DNA of 15,212 nt from an uncultured Phycisphaerae bacterium (GTDB taxonomy: Bacteria; Planctomycetota; Phycisphaerae; Tepidisphaerales; Tepidisphaeraceae), in the NCBI GenBank assembly GCA_964236135.1, contig CAXSBN010000040.1:1-15212 (forward strand), given 5' to 3'. The translations under genes were made by a program, and so were the position numbers. The notes under the pieces are model-generated. The model was not told the DNA's origin. It saw only the letters and a list, made by a program, of their open reading frames with translations, and searched no databases. Shown one piece after another: positions 1-6,041 of the stretch (its first letter is position 1; every line of letters starts with the position of its first letter).

Positions 1-83
1 ACCCTGCCTCTCCCCGAGTACGGAGAGAGGAGTTAATAGAATGCGGTTGCCCTGGCTTTTCGTGTTGATGTGCGTCCATCGCG

Positions 84-112
84 TTGACCCCATTATTCGC
101 AAACTGCATTAT
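84..112 (+). promoter_or_regulatory. candidate sigma70-like promoter (TTGACC-N17-CATTAT) in AT-richer patch upstream of ECF sigma gene
   Basis: TTGACC at 84-89, 17-nt spacer, CATTAT at 107-112 preceded by TG. The patch is locally AT-rich (about 60-125) in an otherwise GC-rich window. This is sequence resemblance only. Confidence 0.25.
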
Positions 113-135
113 TTAGATGGACGTTGCCTGCCGGC

Positions 136-160
136 GAAACTTTCCGGCCGGCATTGCGTC
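136..160 (+). promoter_or_regulatory. candidate ECF-type (autoregulatory) promoter GAAAC-N16-CGTC immediately upstream of the ECF sigma ORF
   Basis: GAAAC at 136-140, 16-nt spacer, CGTC at 157-160. This resembles the common ECF AAC/CGT -35/-10 pattern. The -10 sits only about 7 nt from the ATG at 168, so either the transcript is leaderless or the true start codon is further downstream. Confidence 0.25.
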
Positions 161-167
161 GAAATGA

Positions 168-824
168 ATGTCGAAGCTGGCTGAAACAACTTCCGCGCCG
201 CCGAAGACGCTGTCGCTTCCGACCGGCGAGTCCGACCTCTTCCGCCGCGCGAAAGGCGGCGATCGAGCGGCGTTTGGGCAGATCGTTCGGCTGTTTCAGG
301 ATCGTTTGTACAACAGCCTGCTGCGCGTCGTCGGCAATGCGGACGAAGCGCTGGAACTTACGCAGGAAACATTCACCCGGGCATTGCAGAAAATGGAAAG
401 CTTCCGCGGCGAGGCGCAGCCGTACACGTGGCTGTTCCGCATCGGCCTGAACTTAGCGATCTCGCAGTTGCGAAAAGTGCAGCGACATCGCACCTTTTCG
501 CTCGATGCGCCAATCATTGCGAACGACCATGTTCAATCCGCCGACCAGGCGGCGAGCCTCGTCGAGCGCGTCGCGGCCAATCGCCAGCCGTCGCCCGCGG
601 ATGAGGTGGAATCGCGCGAGCGCTCCCAGCAAGTATTGTCGGCGCTGGCAAAAATCGATGTCGACTATCGCGCCGTGCTGATCATGCGCGATGTGGAAGG
701 ATTTGATTATCAGCAGATGGCCGATGTACTCGGCCTGCCGCTGGGAACGCTGAAGAGCCGGTTGTTTCGCGCGCGCGTCGCGCTGCGGGATGAACTGATG
801 CCGTATATGAGGAAGGATTGTTGA
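168..824 (+). CDS. ECF (extracytoplasmic function) RNA polymerase sigma-70 family factor
   Basis: The 218-aa ORF carries a region 2 signature (LFRRAKGGDRAAFGQIVRLFQDRLYN...ALELTQETFTRA...WLFRIGLNLAI) and a region 4 HTH (DYRAVLIMRDVEGFDYQQMADVLGLPLGTLKSRLFRARVALR). An anti-sigma-like gene lies immediately downstream. Confidence 0.9.
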   Translation: MSKLAETTSAPPKTLSLPTGESDLFRRAKGGDRAAFGQIVRLFQDRLYNSLLRVVGNADEALELTQETFTRALQKMESFRGEAQPYTWLFRIGLNLAISQLRKVQRHRTFSLDAPIIANDHVQSADQAASLVERVAANRQPSPADEVESRERSQQVLSALAKIDVDYRAVLIMRDVEGFDYQQMADVLGLPLGTLKSRLFRARVALRDELMPYMRKDC

Positions 825-856
825 AGGTGGGCTGTGGATGGTGGAAGCGCTTCAAA

Positions 857-891
857 CATCCACAATCAACAGTCCACAATCCACAATCCAT
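857..891 (+). repeat. short direct repeats (CCACAAT[C]) x about 3.5 in the sigma/anti-sigma intergenic spacer
   Basis: The spacer reads aTCCACAATCaacagTCCACAATCCACAATCCa and is flanked by TCAAC...GTTGA. Confidence 0.5.
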
Positions 892-905
892 AGTTGATGT
901 GACGA

Positions 906-2816
906 ATGGCCAACACAGAGGACATTGAAGCCAGGCTCGCGGCGTACGTCGACGGCGAACTCGACGCCGCCGCCCGTGCGCAGATTGAAGCCCACCTGGC
1001 GAGCAATCCGCAGCATGCGGTGCTGATCGACGATCTGCTGAAGACGCGCGAAATGATACAGTTGCTGCCGCGCGCGGCGTCGCCGATCGATATTGCCGAA
1101 ACGCTTAACGCACAACTCGAACGCGCGTCGCTGCTGGGCGATGTGGACATCGGCGTGAACGACGATTCGATGCGCATCAATGTCTGGCGGCGGGTCGGGG
1201 CGATCGCGGCGGTGTTTCTCGTCACCGCTTCCCTAGCGGCCGTGTTGTACGTCGCGCTTCCCTCGCCAAAAGAGCGAACGCCTCAAGTCGCGATCATCAC
1301 GCCCGACATGCCGCGGCCATCTCCGACCACGCTTGCGGCCACGCTTGCGGCGACAACCGAAACAGAGAGCAATGCTTCGCCGGCAGGAAGTGTCGCGCCA
1401 TCGGCTGCGATGGAACAAAATGCGATCGAAAATCAAACGCTCGCGACGCGGAACTCGGAGGTTACCGGCAGCGCGATGGCGTGGCGCGATGCGACGACAA
1501 AATCCGATACCGCCGCCGCGGGCGGCGGCGCGATAAATGACTTGGCCTCAGCAGTGGCGACGCCAGCGACGCCGTGGCTTAAGTCGTCGACCGCGACGAC
1601 GACCGCAGCGGCGACCGCAACGGATATGGCCAATGCTAAACCTGGTGCTACTTCGCTCGATACGCCGTCGGAACAGCAGATAAATCAGGACACTGCGCTG
1701 GCCAACACTATCCTCGCCATCAGCCAGAAGCGCGCCGAGACGACGGAAGGGGCCGACCGCGAATTATCGAAGGACCGAGCAGTTCTCGCGTTTCGCGGCA
1801 ACGCCGCTTATTACATCGTCGCCCGGGGCGGCAGCGCCCTCGCGGCCGCGAATATCACGACTGACTTCCTGCACTCGAATCAACTTTCGTTCGATCGTGT
1901 TTCGCCAGCCAACGCTCCAACAACCGGGCCGTCGAGCGCCCCGTCGAGCGCCCCGTCGAGCGCGCCGATCGCCGATTCGGCGATGGCGATTTCGACTGCT
2001 TCAAACGTCGGCGGGCCGCTTTATCCATATCGACAGAACACCGGAGCAAGCGACTCAGCAACGTCGAGCACTCAGCCGTCCACTCAGCCGACCACTCAGC
2101 CGGGCGAGACGGCAGTCGATCAGACCGCGTCCATCATCGTTCGCGGGCTGACCCGCGCGCAGTTTGACGATTTATCCGGCCGACTCGGATCCGTTGCCGA
2201 TCCGGCACGTAAATTAGGAACGATCGTCGGCGAGCGATTGAGGAATGCCGGCCAGAATGTCGACATCACAACGGCTCCATCTGCACCTGCAAGTCAGGTG
2301 CAGACGGAATCATCGGCCACGCGATCACTCCGGCAGAGTCCGCTTCCCGATCAGCAATACGAGCCCCAACAGGTACCAGGATTGACCGCGCAAGCAACCG
2401 AACGGCGGCAAGCGGCGACCCAGGCGGATCAGACACAGGCGATTGCCGCGGGCGATATCTTGAGAGTTCGTGCGCTGGACGTCGCCCTCGGCGTGGAGGC
2501 GATCGACGAGCTCGTCAAGGTCGACGCAAATGGAAAGCTAAATTTGCCTCGTGTCGGCACGGTGACGGTGGCCGGCATGCCGTCGCTGGCGGCAGCGCAT
2601 GCGTTGCCGCATGTGTTGCCGGATGATGCAATGAAAGCGGAGTTGTCGTGGACGGTGGAGCGCGTTCTCGCACCGGCCGTTACACCCGCGACATCGCCCG
2701 CCGTTCTGAACGCGCCGTCCACCGAGCCCGCAGTTGAGCCGCGATTAGACGTCGTCGTTCTCTTTCGCGACGCACCTCCAACGACGCAACCGGCAACGTC
2801 CCCGACCGATCGCTGA
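906..2816 (+). CDS. anti-sigma factor: N-terminal anti-sigma domain (zf-HC2-like, Cys-less), one TM helix, long extracytoplasmic S/T/A/P-rich region, C-terminal Poly_export/SLBB-like segment
   Basis: The 636-aa ORF begins MANTEDIEARLAAYVDGELDAAARAQIEAHLASNPQHA, which fits the anti-sigma N-terminal pattern ..Y.DGEL....VE.HL. A TM helix VGAIAAVFLVTASLAAVLYVAL sits near residue 95. The extracytoplasmic part is low-complexity with PSSA and STQP repeats. The C-terminal segment GDILRVRAL...VKVDANGKLNLPRVGTVTVAGMPSLAAAHA resembles the Poly_export/SLBB motif. It lies directly downstream of the ECF sigma gene. Confidence 0.75.
   Translation: MANTEDIEARLAAYVDGELDAAARAQIEAHLASNPQHAVLIDDLLKTREMIQLLPRAASPIDIAETLNAQLERASLLGDVDIGVNDDSMRINVWRRVGAIAAVFLVTASLAAVLYVALPSPKERTPQVAIITPDMPRPSPTTLAATLAATTETESNASPAGSVAPSAAMEQNAIENQTLATRNSEVTGSAMAWRDATTKSDTAAAGGGAINDLASAVATPATPWLKSSTATTTAAATATDMANAKPGATSLDTPSEQQINQDTALANTILAISQKRAETTEGADRELSKDRAVLAFRGNAAYYIVARGGSALAAANITTDFLHSNQLSFDRVSPANAPTTGPSSAPSSAPSSAPIADSAMAISTASNVGGPLYPYRQNTGASDSATSSTQPSTQPTTQPGETAVDQTASIIVRGLTRAQFDDLSGRLGSVADPARKLGTIVGERLRNAGQNVDITTAPSAPASQVQTESSATRSLRQSPLPDQQYEPQQVPGLTAQATERRQAATQADQTQAIAAGDILRVRALDVALGVEAIDELVKVDANGKLNLPRVGTVTVAGMPSLAAAHALPHVLPDDAMKAELSWTVERVLAPAVTPATSPAVLNAPSTEPAVEPRLDVVVLFRDAPPTTQPATSPTDR
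1929..1964 (+). repeat. in-frame 12-bp tandem repeat (CCGTCGAGCGCC x3) inside anti-sigma CDS, encoding (PSSA)3
   Basis: Three consecutive 12-mers are visible, the last with one substitution. Confidence 0.8.
2069..2102 (+). repeat. in-frame 12-bp tandem repeat (CACTCAGCCG[T/A]C x about 3) inside anti-sigma CDS, encoding (STQP/TTQP)
   Basis: Three consecutive near-identical 12-mers are visible. A third pair, CACGCTTGCGGC x2, lies at about 1322-1345 and encodes TLAATLAA. Confidence 0.75.
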
Positions 2817-2819
2817 CGT

Positions 2820-3035
2820 GTCGCTTCGGCCGCTGTCCTCATCCAATAAATCCCACCGTTCGGTCCGGAAGGTCAGCAGCGTCAACGTCCAGAGGCCGAT
2901 CATCATCCAATCCAGTTCGACTCGCGCCTGCTCCGGAGAAGTGTTGAGCATCCTGCGTCCCTGCATCGTGGTCTTGAGCCGGCGATACGCGATCTCCACA
3001 CCCCATCGCGCGGCGCGGAGGGTTTGCAGATCGCC
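2820..3035 (-). pseudogene. C-terminal relic of an IS4-superfamily (IS4/IS10-like) DDE transposase
   Basis: The minus-strand frame is open from a TGA at 3036-3038 down into the anti-sigma gene. It reads ...LQTLRAARWGVEIAYRRLKTTMQGRRMLNTSPEQARVELDWMMIGLWTLTLL. This matches the C-terminal YREK region of IS4-family transposases (compare IS10 YSKRMQIEETFRDLK......SSSERFDIMLLIALML). Only the last 60-70 aa are present and no upstream N-terminal part or DDE core was found, so this is a truncated remnant. Confidence 0.55.
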
Positions 3036-3136
3036 TCATCGCTCAAACGCTGGTGATCCAGCACGCTGGTTAGCAGGCATGTTCTTGTTGCCTGGCTGAC
3101 GAGGAGAGGCTTTCCAACACACCAACGGCTCAACCT

Positions 3137-3970
3137 TCAGGCACGAGTGTTGAGGTCGTGCAGCAGTACGCCTTTGGCGGCGGGGGAAGTGGCGAGAAAC
3201 GGCACTTTTTTGCCGGCGTAGTTTTTCAAATCGAACGGGAAGATCGGCTTGCCGGTCAGATCGCAAACGATCCCGCCCGCGGCTTCGACGATGGCGGCGG
3301 GGGCAACGCAGTCCCAGAGCTTGCCATTGACGGTGATCGCCGCGCTGGCCACGCCCGACGCCACCGACACCGCCTCCAGCGCGGCGGTGCCGAGAATCCG
3401 CACCTTCCAATCGGTCTGCGAAATCCATTTCGTCGCCCACGGCGGACACGAGCCGAACGCATCCAGCAGGTTGCTCGTCATCATAATCAGGCTGCTGCTG
3501 TTCAGAGGCGACTCATTCACGCGAATCGCCTCGCCGTTCAACGTCGCGCCGATGCCTTGCGCGCCGGCATACATGTGATCGCGCGTCACGTCGTAGACCA
3601 CGCCCATCCCGGGCAGGCCCTTGTCCATCAGTCCGATGCAGACCGCAAAAGCGCCCAGGCCGGCGATGAAATTGTTGGTGCCGTCGATCGGATCGATCAC
3701 CCAATTGCGGCCAAGGAGATCGTGACATTCGAAGGTGATCGACGTGCCGGTATCCGACTCTTCGCCGATCAATCCATCGGTTGGGAATTGCTTCCGCAGC
3801 GCGGCCACGATGTAGCGTTGCGATTCGCGATCGGCATCGGTGACGGCCTCGTCGCGCGTGGCAGCGTGGGTCTTGGTCAGCCGCTCGACTTTGCCATAAT
3901 TATCAGAAACAATTTTTCCCGCGCCGCGGGCCAGCTCCATCGCGAACGCCAGATCTTCCTTGAGGGACAT
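3137..3970 (-). CDS. inositol monophosphatase family protein (IMPase/SuhB/CysQ superfamily)
   Basis: The 277-aa ORF carries a metal-binding DEAVTDADRESQ, the diagnostic WVIDPIDGTNNFIAGLGAFAV, and a C-terminal WDCVAPAAIVEAAGG. The N-terminus MSLKEDLAFAMELARGAGKIV is typical of the family. Confidence 0.88.
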   Translation of the reverse strand: MSLKEDLAFAMELARGAGKIVSDNYGKVERLTKTHAATRDEAVTDADRESQRYIVAALRKQFPTDGLIGEESDTGTSITFECHDLLGRNWVIDPIDGTNNFIAGLGAFAVCIGLMDKGLPGMGVVYDVTRDHMYAGAQGIGATLNGEAIRVNESPLNSSSLIMMTSNLLDAFGSCPPWATKWISQTDWKVRILGTAALEAVSVASGVASAAITVNGKLWDCVAPAAIVEAAGGIVCDLTGKPIFPFDLKNYAGKKVPFLATSPAAKGVLLHDLNTRA

Positions 3971-4232
3971 GGGTCAAATCATAGCCGAAAGTTCCAGATT
4001 CATCCGCAACCAGCGCTGCACGCGGAGCGTACGCCGTTCGGCAGCGATGGGCCATTCCAGCGATCCGAGGCCGGACGGTCTTCCTGCGCTGCGGGCAGAC
4101 GGAGTGACGCATCGCATGTTTCTCGTCTTCAAGAAACTGCGTGAGCTCATCTTCGGTCATGCCACTGTCTTCAACGTGTTTTGTAATGGGGCGGCCGAGG
4201 TCCGCGAGCAAGGGAAGCGGCTTTGCCATCAT
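3903..4232 (-). CDS. hypothetical small protein (uncertain); acidic N-terminal half looks protein-like, C-terminal half Arg-rich and overlaps IMPase start by 68 nt
   Basis: This is from the ORF track only: MMAKPLPLLADLGRPITKHVEDSGMTEDELTQFLEDEKHAMRHSVCP... I recognise no family and there is no strong RBS. Confidence 0.2.
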   Translation of the reverse strand: MMAKPLPLLADLGRPITKHVEDSGMTEDELTQFLEDEKHAMRHSVCPQRRKTVRPRIAGMAHRCRTAYAPRAALVADESGTFGYDLTHVPQGRSGVRDGAGPRRGKNCF

Positions 4233-4263
4233 CTCTAATGGTTGGCGGCATAGGTTTCGACAT

Positions 4264-4302
4264 CGACACCTGCGACCGACACCTGCGACCGATGCCTGGT
4301 CA
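4264..4302. repeat. tandem 13-mer CGACACCTGCGAC x2 plus degenerate third copy
   Basis: The repeat is visible at 4264-4276 and 4277-4289, followed by CGATGCCTGgtcAC. Confidence 0.8.
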
Positions 4303-4331
4303 CGAAGTTGGGCTTCAGCTTGTGGAGAAGT

Positions 4332-4363
4332 GCTGATGCTTAGTGTCGCTGATGCTTAGTGTC
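4332..4363. repeat. tandem 16-mer GCTGATGCTTAGTGTC x2
   Basis: Exact copies lie at 4332-4347 and 4348-4363. They sit between the small ORF/IMPase gene and the 3' end of the XRE-S24 gene. Confidence 0.85.
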
Positions 4364-4389
4364 TGGTGTTCTAAATTATGCCGCGACTC

Positions 4390-5295
4390 TCAATCATCCA
4401 CCCGCTCATATTTAAACAGCGCCCGAAACAATCCGCTCACCTCCTCTGCCGCAACCACGCGAACGTCATACTTTTCATTGCGCGGCTGCAGGCGAATGAC
4501 GTCGGTGCCTTCGTCGTTCGTTTCAAAAAACACCTGCTTGAACGTCGTCTGGCCATCCGCGAAGCGGACGAAGCAATCGTCGCCGTCGCGCGGGTCGGCG
4601 GCGGGGGAGAAGATCACGATGTCGCCGGGACGGTATTTGGGCGTCATGGAATCGCCGTGTACGCGTGCGGCAAAAGCGTCTTTGCCCGCCACATCCGGGC
4701 AGCCAACATATTCATCCGCCACGCCGCGCGGATAAGAAAGATCGGTAAATTCAGCAGGGTCGCCGGCGGCGACTTTATTAATGACCGGCACGAAATTCAT
4801 GCGAAGCGTTTCGACATTCGCCAGTTCCTGCGACTCGACCATCTGGTGCAATACGCCGGTGAGATAAGCATCGTCGAGGTTGAGCGAGGGTTCGAGCGAG
4901 GGTTCGAGCGAGGGTTCGAGCGAGGGTTCGAGCGAGGGTTCAGGGTTCAGGGTTCGGGTTTCAGCAGAAGAGGATTCTTGTTTCTTTGCTGAACCCTGAA
5001 CCCTAAACCCTGAACCCTGCGCCAGCCGTCCCAGCATCAGCTTCACATCCCGCGGCGTGCGCTGGAGGTTGGCCTGCATGACCAGTTCCCCGGCCGTGAA
5101 GCCGAGCGCCTGCTCCAAACTTCGCAGTTTTTCATCGCTGGGCGGATTAGGAAGGCGGTTGTTTTCGATGAGCGAAAGGTAGGGTTTGGAGACGCCTGAT
5201 TTCGCCGCCAGCTCGTCGAGCGTTAACCCATGCCGCAGCCGCCGACGGCGAAGCTTGACACCAATTACTTCGTAAACGGGGGGTGAGACGCTCAC
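4390..5295 (-). CDS. XRE-family HTH + peptidase S24 (LexA/phage CI-like) self-cleaving repressor; GTG start
   Basis: The 301-aa ORF has an N-terminal HTH_XRE (LRRRRLRHGLTLDELAAKSGVSKPYLSLIENNR). The C-terminal S24 domain has the catalytic Ser in HGDSMTPKYRPGDIVIF and a downstream Lys in the FKQV segment. The linker carries (EPSL)5 and GSGFRVQGS repeats. The ORF starts with GTG at 5293-5295. Confidence 0.85.
   Translation of the reverse strand: MSVSPPVYEVIGVKLRRRRLRHGLTLDELAAKSGVSKPYLSLIENNRLPNPPSDEKLRSLEQALGFTAGELVMQANLQRTPRDVKLMLGRLAQGSGFRVQGSAKKQESSSAETRTLNPEPSLEPSLEPSLEPSLEPSLNLDDAYLTGVLHQMVESQELANVETLRMNFVPVINKVAAGDPAEFTDLSYPRGVADEYVGCPDVAGKDAFAARVHGDSMTPKYRPGDIVIFSPAADPRDGDDCFVRFADGQTTFKQVFFETNDEGTDVIRLQPRNEKYDVRVVAAEEVSGLFRALFKYERVDD
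4882..5019. repeat. in-frame composite repeat inside the repressor linker: 12-mer GAGCGAGGGTTC x5 followed by inverted heptamer-repeat hairpin (AGGGTTC)x3 -loop- (GAACCCT)x4
   Basis: The five 12-mers lie at 4882-4941. The left arm AGGGTTCAGGGTTCGGGTTTCAGCA (about 4942-4966) pairs with TGCTGAACCCTGAACCCTAAACCCTGAACCCT (about 4987-5019) across a roughly 20-nt loop. The total is 138 bp, or 46 codons, and the reading frame is preserved. Confidence 0.85.
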
Positions 5296-5367
5296 ATCGC
5301 TATGGATATCGAGGCGTCGAATTTAATGCAAGCAAAAACCGTACATTTACCAAACACCAACTTGGGG

Positions 5368-5844
5368 TCATTCGTGTTTGACGCTGATGGTTCCATGACT
5401 GATGGCCCCCGCATATCCGCTGTACGTCCAAGTCCCCGTCATCGGGGCAGCGTCAATCTGAAAGCGAACGTTACTGTCCGCCATCCCGGGATTCAGCGAC
5501 AAATTCAGCCATCCGTTCTCGATCGTTCCGGAAATCTTTCCCTCTCCGGTTTGCGGACCCAGATGCGCGGTTGGCGGCATCTCGTCGTTACTGGAATACG
5601 ACGCCACCCAGGCTCCCTCGAATGATCCAGATTGCGGCAGCGGATCGGGCAACGTCATCGTCCCCTTGATCACCGAAGTCCCCGCATCATCGGTAACGGT
5701 ATACGCATACCGCGCCATCCCGCGCGGCACGCCGGACACTTCGCGTGTCGTCGCGCCGTTGTGCATGTCACCGCGTCGCGATGCTTGCTGCGAATGACAA
5801 CCTGTTCCGATGAGAGCGATCAGGATCGCGATCTGATTACGCAT
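5368..5844 (-). CDS. hypothetical secreted/lipoprotein (signal peptide ending LIGTGC)
   Basis: The ORF track starts at a GTG at 5862, but the ATG at 5842-5844 is preceded by AAGGAAGGA about 6 nt upstream, so I take that as the start. The N-terminus MRNQIAILIALIGTGCHSQQ gives a signal peptide with Cys. I recognise no family. Confidence 0.6.
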   Translation of the reverse strand: MRNQIAILIALIGTGCHSQQASRRGDMHNGATTREVSGVPRGMARYAYTVTDDAGTSVIKGTMTLPDPLPQSGSFEGAWVASYSSNDEMPPTAHLGPQTGEGKISGTIENGWLNLSLNPGMADSNVRFQIDAAPMTGTWTYSGYAGAISHGTISVKHE

Positions 5845-6041
5845 GGGAATTCCTTCCTTCACCGATTCTCGATGCTGACTTCAACACGAATCCGGTCGCG
5901 AGCGGCCGGGCTAAATTGCGTTGTCTCAGTCATAACTCCCGTTATCAGAATGGTGATGATGTGTAACTGCAAACCACAACGGCAGACTTTACGATTTGTT
6001 CCATCAATGCGGGTGGAATTCCCGCTGAAGGAGCATCTCAA

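Noticed and set aside
41-184. 47-aa ORF MRLPWLFVLMCV... with strong SD
   Set aside because: AT-rich third positions are atypical for this genome, and it overlaps the promoter region and start of the sigma gene. I keep it only as the possible leader element discussed in findings, not as a CDS.
124-450. 108-aa ORF overlapping the ECF sigma gene in another frame
   Set aside because: It is Arg-rich junk, and the sigma-70 region 2 motif is in the 168 frame.
3158-4144. 328-aa ORF on + strand, plus other long ORFs such as 6516..7817 (-, 433 aa), 7760..8467 (-), 866..1225 (-) and 7145..7669 (+)
   Set aside because: These lie antisense to or overlap well-supported genes (IMPase, flotillin, anti-sigma). 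They are Arg/Ala/Pro-rich with no recognisable motifs, which is typical of shadow ORFs in high-GC DNA.
4987-5019. CCCTAAA/CCCTGAA heptamer run resembling eukaryotic (plant-type) telomere repeats
   Set aside because: It is part of the inverted heptamer hairpin inside a bacterial CDS. The resemblance to telomeric repeats is coincidental.
5296-5367. Looked for a palindromic SOS/LexA-type operator upstream of the XRE-S24 repressor
   Set aside because: No convincing inverted repeat is present in the 72-bp spacer, so the operator could not be identified by eye.
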